IMG/VR virus record: IMGVR_UViG_3300017777_002171
Span: 1-43,572 of that record
DNA length: 43,572 nt
Direction: 5' to 3' (one strand)
From: a virus
Taxonomy: Duplodnaviria; Caudoviricetes
Below the pieces are notes generated by a model, which saw nothing but the letters and a program-made list of their open reading frames with translations, did not search any database and was not told where the DNA came from. This document shows positions 34,505 through 43,572 of this stretch, one piece after another. Made by a program: the position numbers and the translations under genes. Numbering within the stretch: the stretch's first letter is position 1; each line of letters opens with the position of its first letter.

Positions 34505-36220
34505 TCATGCTGCAATGCGGGAGAAGTTGTTTACCTTTTCAAAGCGGATCATCGAGCGGAACTTGTCATACAGGATATCCTCGCGATGCGAAATAACGAA
34601 CAGGTTTGTCTCCGGTCCAAGCGCCTGTAGAATTTTCAGAAGCTCGTCGGTCGCATTCGAGTCCAAGGACGAATCAAACACCTCATCGAGGATCAGTAGA
34701 TTTGTGGATACCGAGTTCTTCATCTTGGCAATCGCTCGCCATGTGAACAGCAGCGCCAGGTCGATTTTCTGCTTCTCGCCCTCGGAGAAATTCGCATAGG
34801 CAAATTCATCACGGAAGCGAGACTTGATGGACTCATTGAAATTCTCGTCAAGGTTGAAGTTGACAAAGAAGTCCATGGTAGCCAGATACTTGTTGACCAG
34901 CTTATTCATGACCGGCAGATAGGTCTTGATGATCTTGGTCTTGATTCCTGAGTCTTTCAGGAGCATCGACGCTATTTCGTAATAGTGCTGCGTTTCGATG
35001 TTCTTGTTTTGAGCCTGCTCGTAGGAATCGATTTGGTTCCTGAACTTTTTGATGTTCTGTTCTTCGGAGACACCAAGTCCAGATTTAGTCGCCATTTGGT
35101 TGTTTTCATTCTGGAGCCGTGTGATGTACTTATTGATTTCGGTGATGCGTGTGGACTTCACAACGATATCGGTCTGTTTGACTGAGATTTCCTGGAGCAC
35201 ACCGCGGATCGCGGCGATCTTGTCGTTCAGGACTGCCATCTTGTCTGCCAGATCAAATAGACCTGTAGAGAGTTCTTCGACCTTCTTCTCGTTGGTATCG
35301 ATGTGCGTGTGCTTTACGGGGTCGGTGATTTCCTGGTGGCATTTGGGGCAGATATTGTTGCCCTTGAAGAAATCAATCTCGCGCCGCAGGTCATCGATGT
35401 TCATTTCTATCTGTGTCTGATAGGACGAGAGCTTCGCGCTCTTGCTCGTATACTTTGAAATCTCAGGAGTGGATTCCTCAGTCTCCAAAATGGACTGTTG
35501 GATAGCGGCAATATCTGCATGGAGCGCGGCGATGGCAGCCTGGTTCTTCTCAATCTCTATGGTATTCGATTCGATCTTGATCTTCTGGGTGTTCTGAATT
35601 TCCTTCAGGAGCTTCTCGGCTGATGCGACATGCACATTCAGCAATGTAATTTCGCTGCGAACCTGGGAGATAGTCTCCTTGATATCCTGCTGTTTCAGTT
35701 TGAGCACGATATTCATTGACGAGAAAATCTCGATATCTAGAAGGACCTCGATGATCGCACGTCTATCGGCGGCCGTCAATTGCATGAACGGCGTGAAGGA
35801 TGCCGAACCCAGGATGACGATCTGCGTGAAGGACTTGTAATTCATCTTGAGGATATTCTTCTCAAGATGATCTTGGTAGTCCTTCAGCTTTGAATCCTGG
35901 TTGATCAGGACGCCATCACAGTAAATCTCAAAGATATTCGGCTTGATTCCACGGATGATCTTGTAGCGTTTATTGCCCGCGTCAAACTCGATATTCACAA
36001 GGCAATCCTTGTTATTGATCGAATTGATTAGCTGAGGCTTATTGATCTTCCGAAAGGGCTTGCCGAACAGCACAAAGGTCAGAGCGTCGAGCAGGGTAGA
36101 CTTGCCACCACCATTCTTGCCCACGATCAATGTGGTAGACGAACGATCAAGAAGGATTTTCGTCCATGCGTTTCCCGTGGACAGAAAATTCTTCCATTCT
36201 ACATACCTGAAAAGTAACAT
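34505..36220 (-). CDS. 46: Recombination endonuclease subunit gp46 (Rad50-like)
   Basis: WKNFLSTGN, GKNGGGKST, CPKC zinc hook, FSEGEK, LILDEVFDSSLD. Confidence 0.96.
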   Translation of the reverse strand: MLLFRYVEWKNFLSTGNAWTKILLDRSSTTLIVGKNGGGKSTLLDALTFVLFGKPFRKINKPQLINSINNKDCLVNIEFDAGNKRYKIIRGIKPNIFEIYCDGVLINQDSKLKDYQDHLEKNILKMNYKSFTQIVILGSASFTPFMQLTAADRRAIIEVLLDIEIFSSMNIVLKLKQQDIKETISQVRSEITLLNVHVASAEKLLKEIQNTQKIKIESNTIEIEKNQAAIAALHADIAAIQQSILETEESTPEISKYTSKSAKLSSYQTQIEMNIDDLRREIDFFKGNNICPKCHQEITDPVKHTHIDTNEKKVEELSTGLFDLADKMAVLNDKIAAIRGVLQEISVKQTDIVVKSTRITEINKYITRLQNENNQMATKSGLGVSEEQNIKKFRNQIDSYEQAQNKNIETQHYYEIASMLLKDSGIKTKIIKTYLPVMNKLVNKYLATMDFFVNFNLDENFNESIKSRFRDEFAYANFSEGEKQKIDLALLFTWRAIAKMKNSVSTNLLILDEVFDSSLDSNATDELLKILQALGPETNLFVISHREDILYDKFRSMIRFEKVNNFSRIAA

Positions 36221-36223
36221 ACT

Positions 36224-37301
36224 TTACGCTTCAATGTTCTGGGCTTCGACGTAAATCTCGCGAAGGATTGCCTTCATCTTATCCGGATCGGCAGTCAAAG
36301 AGAGACCATCCACATACTTATTCAGTATGGTAAGGGTGTCTTCAGCTTGATCCATTGTATCATCTTCGCTCAGGTCTGTCAAGCTCAAAGTGTCTTCGAT
36401 TACCGAAATGTCGATGGGCTCTGCCTTGATCAGATCATTGATATAGGTGTCGAATAGGTACGGGTTGGTTTTGTTCACCACGAGCACCTTGACATAGGTG
36501 CCATGGTATTCAGAGAAGTCCATCGCCTTCAGCTTCTCGAAATCGAGGTCTTCCTTGTCATCGTATACCAGCTTGTAGAACAATCGGTATGGGTTGGGAA
36601 CGAACGTAAGCTCTCTGGTATCCGTATCGAAGATGTGGAACCCGCGCTGATCATTATAGTCAGCCCAGGTCATTTCGTACTGATTGCCGAGATAGAAGAT
36701 CGTACCATCGGAAGACTTGTGATGGAAGTGTCCGGACATGACGATATCGAAGCGATCAAACAGCGACCGATTGAAACCCTCATGACAGATGTTGCCACGA
36801 TCCATCTCAAATCCAGCAATCTCAAGATGACCCATGACGACCTGAGCTTTGGTGCTCTTGATCATAGCCATTGATGCGGCATAGTTCTCAGGGGAAATCC
36901 AGGGCAGGAATAGGATGTCGAGTCCATCGAAGTTTACGGTTTTCGGGTTCGTGTAGATGAAAGGCTCATTCTTTCCATCATATGTCGTGCAGAGGTTCTC
37001 GATGGCATTCACCTTGTTCGTATTCTTGTAGAACACGTCATGGTTGCCCAGCAGGATATGAGTGTCGATTCCTTCATCCCAGAATCGATTCATGAAGCGG
37101 AGCCTGAAGTCCTGTGCGATACGATAGTTGACGAATTTGCGGCGATCAACCACGTCCCCTAGGTGAACAACGGTCTTGATGTTGTTTGCCTTGAGATAGG
37201 GGAAGAAGATGTTGTCCCAGAATTTGAAGAAGTAGTCATTCACATTCAGGTTGTCGCCGCGGGCGCCGAAAGTGGGTGTCGTTTATAATGGCAATTTTCA
37301 T
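36224..37301 (-). CDS. 47: Recombination endonuclease subunit gp47 (Mre11-like), reading frame split by one extra base near 37270
   Basis: ATG 37301 gives MKIAIINDTHF; the +1 frame continues GARGDNLNVNDYFF..., LGDVVDRRK, GNHD, SGHFHH; span is 3n+1. Confidence 0.92.
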
Positions 37302-37318
37302 GTCAGCAACGATGCTCC

Positions 37319-37540
37319 TTATTTTGTAAGTTGTTCCACATAAACGATGTGCTTATGTTTTTTGACTTTTCCTGTAGCAACATTTCTCATGTTGCGTGCC
37401 TGTAATTTATGTTCTCTACAAAAGTCAGACATATAATCAGTATAATACACAACCCCTTGATTGTCAATGATTTTGATCGACCTTTCGTGCACCGGCAGCC
37501 TTGGCATACTCGGCATCATATTTGGTGATTGCTTCATCAA
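37319..37540 (-). CDS. Stand-alone homing-endonuclease-type DNA-binding repeat (possible remnant)
   Basis: FCREHKLQARNMRNVATGKVKKHK resembles the C-terminal repeats of the GIY-YIG genes; AT-rich; start uncertain. Confidence 0.45.
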   Translation of the reverse strand: MMKQSPNMMPSMPRLPVHERSIKIIDNQGVVYYTDYMSDFCREHKLQARNMRNVATGKVKKHKHIVYVEQLTK

Positions 37541-37667
37541 GCGTCCGGCGATAGTCTACCAGACGGGCCCGGTAGACTTGGCGCGACCATACGTCTGCCT
37601 TGGTATTCAGCACGTCGCGAATGAGCACCTCGATTAGAGGTGGCATGATCAGTTGTTCTTTACTCAT
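37464..37667 (-). CDS. Hypothetical protein downstream of gp55
   Basis: 67-aa ORF overlapping the gp55 end. Confidence 0.65.
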   Translation of the reverse strand: MSKEQLIMPPLIEVLIRDVLNTKADVWSRQVYRARLVDYRRTLDEAITKYDAEYAKAAGARKVDQNH

Positions 37668-38211
37668 TGGGGTAAAAGCTTTCCAGTCCTTTTTTGCTGC
37701 GTTCCAGCTTCTTCAGCTTCTTCTTTTTCTTCTGCTTCTGTTTCTTCTCGAAGGAGCTTGTGTATTCTGCTATATTAGCATAAATCTCGACAGGTTTCAA
37801 GTCAGAAAGTGATTGATCGTCGGAATAAGCGTCAGATTCAAAGAGCATGTGGTTCTGGAGCATTTTGTACTTGACATACTGAGCCTTTCCCTCTTTGCCG
37901 ATGCGGCGAAGAAAGGCATTCCAGACTACCATGGTGAAGTAGGCAAAGGGGTTGTTCGTTTTGTCTGGATTGAACGATTCAAAGTACATGACACAGTTTT
38001 CGATGGCATCGCCGATCATTTCTTCACGGTATGTGTAATGGATGAAGTTCGGCTTGTAGGCCAGGTGCTCGGCAATCTTGATGAAGCATTCGCCAATGTA
38101 ATTGGGGATTGGCGGCTTGTTCTTGCCCGCTTCCTTAGCGGCTACAGATCGTGCCTTGTGCGCGACAATCTCCGCGTAGAATTTATTGTTGTCGATGTAA
38201 TGTTTGCTCAT
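37660..38211 (-). CDS. 55: Late-transcription sigma factor gp55
   Basis: HYIDN, YIGECFIKIAEHL..KPNF..Y, NPFAYFT...AFLRRI.KE. Confidence 0.93.
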   Translation of the reverse strand: MSKHYIDNNKFYAEIVAHKARSVAAKEAGKNKPPIPNYIGECFIKIAEHLAYKPNFIHYTYREEMIGDAIENCVMYFESFNPDKTNNPFAYFTMVVWNAFLRRIGKEGKAQYVKYKMLQNHMLFESDAYSDDQSLSDLKPVEIYANIAEYTSSFEKKQKQKKKKKLKKLERSKKGLESFYPNE

Positions 38212-38218
38212 TTTGTGC

Positions 38219-38247
38219 TTGACTTTCACTTGACAGGGTGCTATTAT
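38219..38247 (+). promoter_or_regulatory. Antisense sigma70-type promoter just upstream of gene 55
   Basis: TTGACT-17nt-TATTAT with TG extension on the plus strand; a nested TTGACA at 38230. Confidence 0.5.
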
Positions 38248-38282
38248 TCGTGTGTCCTGAATGATGATGATGCATTAACCAA

Positions 38283-38705
38283 TTAGTGTAATGTTCTCTT
38301 GGTATTCTTCAATATCTCCAATAGGTCTTCACCAATCTCTGATTCCATATCCTGAGATTCCCTCTCTGGAGCTTCCTTGATGGACTGCTCTGACGCCCTG
38401 ATCTTCTTCAGGAACAATCGGTAGATATTGATCAGCTTTTCAGATGGCTCAGCAGACAGCATGATCATCGCCTTGGAGATATCCAAGTTCTTGTCTGCGA
38501 TCATCGTCGCAGGAATCCACTCTGCAATCCACATAACAGTAGCTCCCATCGAATCGTTATCCGTATGGATAACGATGGGATAGGTGATCGTCAAATGAGT
38601 GTCGTGCTCTTCCAGGAGTTGAGCCACAACGTTCTCCCCTGAGAGAAGACGGAGCAGGGTGACATCCATCGGGGCATCTTCATTCTCTTCCATATGATTT
38701 CTCAC
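38283..38705 (-). CDS. Hypothetical protein between uvsW and 55 (Sm-like N-terminus)
   Basis: LLRLLSGENVVAQ resembles the 8850..9161 protein. Confidence 0.7.
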   Translation of the reverse strand: MRNHMEENEDAPMDVTLLRLLSGENVVAQLLEEHDTHLTITYPIVIHTDNDSMGATVMWIAEWIPATMIADKNLDISKAMIMLSAEPSEKLINIYRLFLKKIRASEQSIKEAPERESQDMESEIGEDLLEILKNTKRTLH

Positions 38706-40192
38706 AGTTCGATGTTGTAGAGCTTATAGGGGAATTTCTCGTCATTGTAGATGGCAACGCGCTCTACAAAGTGCCGAAGGACGTAGTTCTCGTATTTCTT
38801 GTATCGAAGATCGTCTACTAGGTCGTAGAGGATCGCTTCTTCTTTGTTTTCACCAATGCGAAGACCGCGACCAATGGACTGCAAAGTACGAATACGAGAC
38901 TTAGAAGGAGAAGAAAAAATGATATTGTGTAGATTACGGATGTTAATGCCAGTGCTAAAAGTGCCGTCTGAAGCCACAATGATAGCGTTCGTTTCGTTCT
39001 CAGTAATCGCACGTACAGCCTCGCGGACCTCGACATCCGTATCTCCATAGATTAGGAAGCATTTCCGTCCGACCCGCGCGCATTCTTGTTCCAGGTTCTG
39101 AAAGAGCACTTTGCCGTGCTTGTCTACGAAATGGAACAGAAGGAGTGTGTTGCCTCTGAGAGACAACGATAGGTTGACCACGAAATTGATTCTTGGTTGA
39201 TAGCGTACTATGTAATCGATTTCTTCTTGGTAGGTATACTCCTTGACCTCTTTGCAGACTTCCGCGGGGTACTTGAGAACAAGCGCCTTGATTTTGAAGG
39301 CAGCAAGCTGCTTACGCTCGATAAGCTCGGCCGTCGAAATAACCTTCTTGACCGGGCCAAAGACTCCTTCGAGTACGAGCTTGTGGGTTTTGGTTCCATC
39401 GATTGTTCCAGTCATGCCGATGCGGTAGCCACAGGTCTCCAGGTTCGTCATGATCGTGACCAGAGACTTCGCCTTGAACAGGTGAGCCTCGTCGCCGATC
39501 ACAAAGTCGAAATCCTTGAAGTATGACTTGGGGAGTTTGTAGAGGGATTGCCACGTCGAAATGGTGACGGTCTTTTCGGTGTCCTTGTCATGACCCGCAT
39601 AGATGCGATGCACGTTTTCTTCCGTGCTCCATCCATTGTGACTCGAATAGTCCTCAAAATCCTTGTATAGCTGCTCGACCAGCGAGGTCGTGGGAACGAG
39701 AATGAGTCCCCGCAGACCCTTGGATAGCAGATATCGCACGATGAGGTAAGCAATGACTGATTTGCCGGATGCCGTAGGGGAGAGAAGAAGCTGCCGCTTA
39801 TTGCGGATCGACTTGGCGAACCCAATGGTCTGATAGTCGCGCACGTCGAGTTTCTTGCCGCGCGAATGGATATTCAGCGAGTAGGCAAACTCATGAGCTT
39901 CCTGAATGGAGAAGTTGGTCTTCAGAAGGGATTCATCGTCATACTCAATATCATACCCGCGCTCCTGTGCGAACGTGCCGATGTAATCGAGCAAGCCATG
40001 GTAAATCTGTCGGGTCTGGCGATTGAAAAGTCGAATCTTTCCGTCCCACAATTTGTTGCGGTACGCGGGCGTAAATTTGTATCCCGGGACGAAGAAGGTG
40101 AAATACTCTGATAACTCGTAAGCTACGCTTTGTTCACAATCAATTTTGAGAAATACTTCATTGTGCTTTCTTACGATCACTTTGTCATTCAA
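38702..40192 (-). CDS. uvsW: UvsW SF2 DNA helicase
   Basis: WDGKIRLF, SPTASGKS, GDEAH, QSIGRGLR. Confidence 0.96.
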   Translation of the reverse strand: MNDKVIVRKHNEVFLKIDCEQSVAYELSEYFTFFVPGYKFTPAYRNKLWDGKIRLFNRQTRQIYHGLLDYIGTFAQERGYDIEYDDESLLKTNFSIQEAHEFAYSLNIHSRGKKLDVRDYQTIGFAKSIRNKRQLLLSPTASGKSVIAYLIVRYLLSKGLRGLILVPTTSLVEQLYKDFEDYSSHNGWSTEENVHRIYAGHDKDTEKTVTISTWQSLYKLPKSYFKDFDFVIGDEAHLFKAKSLVTIMTNLETCGYRIGMTGTIDGTKTHKLVLEGVFGPVKKVISTAELIERKQLAAFKIKALVLKYPAEVCKEVKEYTYQEEIDYIVRYQPRINFVVNLSLSLRGNTLLLFHFVDKHGKVLFQNLEQECARVGRKCFLIYGDTDVEVREAVRAITENETNAIIVASDGTFSTGINIRNLHNIIFSSPSKSRIRTLQSIGRGLRIGENKEEAILYDLVDDLRYKKYENYVLRHFVERVAIYNDEKFPYKLYNIEL

Positions 40193-40207
40193 ATCATACC
40201 TCTGTTG

Positions 40208-40429
40208 TTAATACCGTTCGGCCCAAAGCTCATCGACAATCCGACGCACCGTTTCAGGATTCGCCATCCCTCTACAATGTTTCTTGATGCACATCGTCAA
40301 TTGATACTTTGTAAAGAATTTGTGTGGGTCGGGGTCTTGAAGCGCATTGCCCACGGCGATATACAGGCTTTCGATAGGCCGTACAAGATGTGGGAATTTC
40401 TCCGCTGGGACGTCAAAATCAGCCGCCAT
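40208..40429 (-). CDS. Hypothetical protein
   Basis: Small ORF overlapping the uvsY end; probable start at ATG 40429. Confidence 0.55.
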   Translation of the reverse strand: MAADFDVPAEKFPHLVRPIESLYIAVGNALQDPDPHKFFTKYQLTMCIKKHCRGMANPETVRRIVDELWAERY

Positions 40430-40856
40430 TGATGAACCTCTGCCAGTCAATGTCAGCCTTCACGGTGAAATGCATGTTCTTGATCTGGGATAGGATCGAA
40501 ACGCACGATTCGGCGATTTCGTCCATCTCGGCCTTCTCAAGCAGAACGTCTACCAGATCAGGATCAGTAGAAAGCTTCTGGTCGACGCCGGAGTTAGTTA
40601 GCTTGAATGCAAACGGAGGCCAGCCTAGTGCGGCCAACTGTTCCTGGTCGAGGTGACCCTTATAGTAGTCACCCTTGGTGTTCCGAAGCTTCGCATAGCG
40701 ACCCTCAATCTCACGCCGTGCGCGATTGTTGAGAGCCATGATCTTCAGGTACTTGGCGTGCAAGAGAGCGAGGCGAAGCCCCTCTGAGCCAAGTTTCGTT
40801 TCATCGATAACTGCATCCCTCGCCCATTCTGAGAGAAGGTCGTCAAGCTTTGCCAT
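40419..40856 (-). CDS. uvsY: UvsY recombination mediator
   Basis: W..DAVID, LHAKYL, YYKG, IDWQRFING; between gene 3 and uvsW. Confidence 0.88.
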   Translation of the reverse strand: MAKLDDLLSEWARDAVIDETKLGSEGLRLALLHAKYLKIMALNNRARREIEGRYAKLRNTKGDYYKGHLDQEQLAALGWPPFAFKLTNSGVDQKLSTDPDLVDVLLEKAEMDEIAESCVSILSQIKNMHFTVKADIDWQRFINGG

Positions 40857-41043
40857 TTTGCTTTTTCTCGTGTGCTGCTATATTCCATGCGGTTGCATCG
40901 ACCTGGGCTTCATCGAATGTGCGGTATACGGCAAAGATATCATCCTTACCGACTGTACCGACGCAGAATTTGAAGACGGTTGTCCGATGCATTTCGCGCA
41001 CCTCATAGAGGAGCGGAATCTTTGGTTTCTTGGCCATGATCAC
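40843..41043 (-). CDS. Hypothetical protein
   Basis: GAGGA SD; first gene after a promoter. Confidence 0.55.
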   Translation of the reverse strand: MIMAKKPKIPLLYEVREMHRTTVFKFCVGTVGKDDIFAVYRTFDEAQVDATAWNIAAHEKKQNGKA

Positions 41044-41066
41044 AATTCCTCATTGAATGAAGACAC

Positions 41067-41095
41067 AGTATATCAGTTACCGCGGTACTTGTCAA
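41067..41095 (-). promoter_or_regulatory. sigma70-type promoter for the uvsY-uvsW block
   Basis: TTGACA-17nt-TATACT with TG extension. Confidence 0.78.
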
Positions 41096-41100
41096 GAGAA

Positions 41101-41625
41101 TTATGGGGCCGTTCGGTCGATTTCGTAGGATTCAAAGCGGAAGGTCGCGTCTGCTACCATCGTGTTCTCGGCTGAGTCGGAGGTCATCATCTGGATTGAT
41201 CCGACGGACAGAGGAAAGCAATTGAGGAAGCGTAGACGAATGTTTGAGGCATTGTCGTTGGAGAGAATAGAGAGGGTCGCGTCAGAGGTTGACTTACCGA
41301 AATCTGCTGATTCCTTGAGCATCTTGCGGTATTCCTGGAACCCACCAGGGAAGGTTAGGCCACGAATCCAGTCATGGAGTTCAAACCAGCCGCGCATATC
41401 TGAGTCAACAATGAAGTTGAGGTTCAGCGTGTCATAGACGATCTTGTCGCCAGGAAGGTACATATCGACAAAAGGAGTATGGCGAACATACTCGCCAGTA
41501 GATACACCAGGAATGTTCACAGACTGTAGGAAGTATGTTACCGTTGGGATTCTACGGAAGGTCAATCGGAACTTCGTAGGCTGTAGGGTGCTCAATTCAT
41601 TGGGGCGTGGACGGTTCGTTGGCAT
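41101..41625 (-). CDS. 3: Tail tube terminator/tail completion protein gp3
   Basis: LQPTKF, YFLQSVNIPG, F.VDSDM, SDATLSIL, FP.S.G, ATFRF. Confidence 0.9.
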   Translation of the reverse strand: MPTNRPRPNELSTLQPTKFRLTFRRIPTVTYFLQSVNIPGVSTGEYVRHTPFVDMYLPGDKIVYDTLNLNFIVDSDMRGWFELHDWIRGLTFPGGFQEYRKMLKESADFGKSTSDATLSILSNDNASNIRLRFLNCFPLSVGSIQMMTSDSAENTMVADATFRFESYEIDRTAP

Positions 41626-41643
41626 AGTAGTCTCCTCTGAGAC

Positions 41644-41651
41644 TATTTATG
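41644..41651 (-). promoter_or_regulatory. Putative gp55-dependent late promoter for gene 3
   Basis: CATAAATA, a 7/8 match to T4 TATAAATA, upstream of GAGGAG SD. Confidence 0.55.
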
Positions 41652-42621
41652 AAATAAGTTTACAGCTCCATCCTTTATGATGATTCAACTTACCATTACT
41701 TACCCTCAACATGACATCATATGTTAGCCCATTATCTCCGCAAAATTTTCTTAGATTTACAATCTTGATTTTCGCGTCATTAGGATCGGTGACCCAATAA
41801 GACTTGAATTTCCAATGCATCACAGGTTTACCATGTATACCTTTGATATATTTTTCCTGTTCCTTTTCGGTCATCTTGGCCAATCGGCCTGTGACCGCGG
41901 CACACCGCCAACCTTTATGATTATCTACATTACCTCTGGACACGTAGATCATTGGTGTGAAAGACAGACCATGTTCTTTACATAATTTCGTTAGATTTAT
42001 GATCTTGGTCGAAACACCATTGGGGTCGGTGACCCAATAAGACTTGGACCTGCCAAATTTTATAGTTTTACCATGTTTACCTTTGATATATTTTTTCTGT
42101 TCCTTTTCGGTCATCTTGGCCAATCGGCCTGTGACCGCGGCACACCGCCAACCTTTATGATTAGTAATGATTCTATTGGACACGTTAAACATGGTTTTGG
42201 TGTCGAGACCATGTTCTCTACAGAATTTCGTTAGATTTATGATCTTGGTCGAAACACCATTGGGGTCGGTGACCCAATAAGATTTCTTCGACCCCGCGAC
42301 AGACAATTTATTTCGTGTTTCTTCTGAATAAACTCTGCCATAGTTTTGATTATACCCATTAGGGGAAAGTGTGTCGAGACTCTCAATATAGAAATTTTCG
42401 CGCTTGGTTAGATGTTTGTCATGAATATTTTCTTCTAGGATCCTGTAGGAAAATGCTTCGATTCCATATTCCCTGAGAGCGCAATGAAATGGGTTTTGAG
42501 ATCCATTCCTTGCGAGACGAATGTGTTGTTGCTTTCTTATTTTAGGTTGTATGCTCCTACCGATGTATTTCTTGCCGGTGAGCTTGTTTCTCCAAAGGTA
42601 GATGATGCCAGTGGTAGTCAT
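41647..42621 (-). mobile_element. Free-standing GIY-YIG homing endonuclease with three C-terminal DNA-binding repeats
   Basis: GIIY...KKYIG, RENFYI, PNGYN; repeated SYWVTDPNG...C.EHGL...HKGW; AT-rich; start at ATG 42621 or GTG 42639. Confidence 0.88.
41826..42282. repeat. Near-identical 240-bp (80-aa) direct repeat inside the endonuclease
   Basis: Blocks at 41861/42101 and 42001/42241 are identical at a 240-bp offset. Confidence 0.9.
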
Positions 42622-42659
42622 TATGAAATATTGCCACAATTTTCATTGATAAAGAGTCA

Positions 42660-42688
42660 AGTATAACACCTACCGCTGGTATTGTCAA
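42660..42688 (-). promoter_or_regulatory. sigma70-type promoter for the downstream GIY-YIG gene
   Basis: TTGACA-17nt-TATACT with TG extension. Confidence 0.75.
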
Positions 42689-42691
42689 GCA

Positions 42692-43306
42692 TTATGAGAC
42701 CAGAACGCAACGGTAACCTTTGTGCTGCTTCAGTCGTCCCTTGGATACGGCGACCATATTACCTTGATCTAATCCGCGCTCTTTGCAGAATTTGCTTAGG
42801 TTGGTGATTTCAAAGGTGACGTTGTTTGGGTCGGTGATTTCCCATTGCTTTTGATTGGCTTCAGTCGCCCGCTTTTTTTGCCGATCTGTTTGTGGTCTAC
42901 CAGTAGCAATTTTTGTGAGATGCGCGACTCTTTCTAATCTTTTTTCAGGAGTCATATCTGCCCATTGTCGTTTCTTGGTTTGGCTCATTTTGTCAATCGC
43001 CTCAACGGATAGACTGTTGGCGTATTGCTGATTATATCCGTTGGGCCAAATGGCGTTGAATTTGTCAATATAGAAATTTTCACGATTGTTTAGTTGATCG
43101 CGTGGAACATTTTCTTCTAGGACTTCATAGGCGAAAGCTTCTGTTCCATTTTTTCTCAATGAACGATGGAAATAGTAGTCTGATCCGGCAACCATTGCCT
43201 CATGAATATGGTTGCGCTTTCTTTGTTCAGGGTTAATAGTTTGACCAATGTAGTGTTTACCAGTGAGAACATTGGTCCAGCGGTAAATGATTCCAGTTTC
43301 AGTCAT
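42692..43306 (-). mobile_element. Free-standing GIY-YIG homing endonuclease
   Basis: GIIY...KHYIGQT, RENFYI, PNGYN, one C-terminal repeat; start at ATG 43306. Confidence 0.88.
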
Positions 43307-43352
43307 GATACATACGATTCCTTCATATTGCAAGTATATGTATATATAGTCG

Positions 43353-43384
43353 AAAAAAGAGGGGAACTTTTTAGGGTTCCCCTC
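43353..43384 (-). terminator. Rho-independent terminator after gene 23
   Basis: GAGGGGAACC...AGTTCCCCTC followed by TTTTTT. Confidence 0.85.
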
Positions 43385-43452
43385 AATTGGTAGTCTTTTT
43401 CTTCTTATGTGCTTTTAATGTCACACTCTGTAGCTACATGAGCTACATAAGA

Positions 43453-43572
43453 TCACATCAAATTCTTCACACGGAAGATGCGGTAGTAGATGTTCGCAGC
43501 GTTCGCGTTCACGTTACGGTCGGCGACCACACCGTCACCAGCGGTGGTTGCGAATGGGTTCGCGACCATGCC
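43453..43572 (-). CDS. 23: Major capsid protein gp23, C-terminal 39 aa (truncated by window edge)
   Basis: GMVANPFATTAGDGVVADRNVNANAANIYYRIFRVKNLM* matches the T4-like gp23 end. Confidence 0.9.
   Translation of the reverse strand, partial: GMVANPFATTAGDGVVADRNVNANAANIYYRIFRVKNLM

Noticed and set aside
41826-42282. 240-bp repeats as a CRISPR array or DGR template/variable pair
   Set aside because: In-frame coding domain repeats; no spacers, differences not limited to adenines, and no reverse transcriptase in the window.
43429-43448. AGCTACAT short repeat/palindrome after the gp23 stop
   Set aside because: Too short to distinguish from chance; the clear terminator lies further downstream.

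Overview
A 43.6 kb segment of a large T4-like (Tevenvirinae-related) myophage genome, almost all on the minus strand. Reading that strand from the right end: the gp23 capsid C-terminus, two GIY-YIG homing endonucleases, gp3, uvsY, uvsW, gp55, gp47 (carrying a +1 frameshift), gp46 and a peptide deformylase. Next come a candidate DNA/nucleotide-modification block (2OG-Fe(II) oxygenase, PLP enzyme, DUF4326-SLOG fusion, SPPY methyltransferase), a CobT-like/CobS-like pair, dNMP kinase, gp45/44/62, regA and dUTPase. Then follow a large glycan-synthesis island (speD-like, GT2, methyltransferases, GT10 fucosyltransferase and a 4-gene operon with a RuBisCO-like protein), gp43, uvsX, gp41 and gmd-fcl. 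This block converges at a bidirectional terminator with a plus-strand tail-fibre-like gene. Many near-consensus sigma70 promoters are visible. Most notable: the phage RuBisCO-like protein operon, the oxygenase/PLP/methyltransferase cluster, a GDP-mannose-to-fucosylation pathway, and a UUU_CGG +1 shift site in gp47. All calls come from motif recognition and gene order; no searches were run. I recognised no tRNA, rRNA or CRISPR array.
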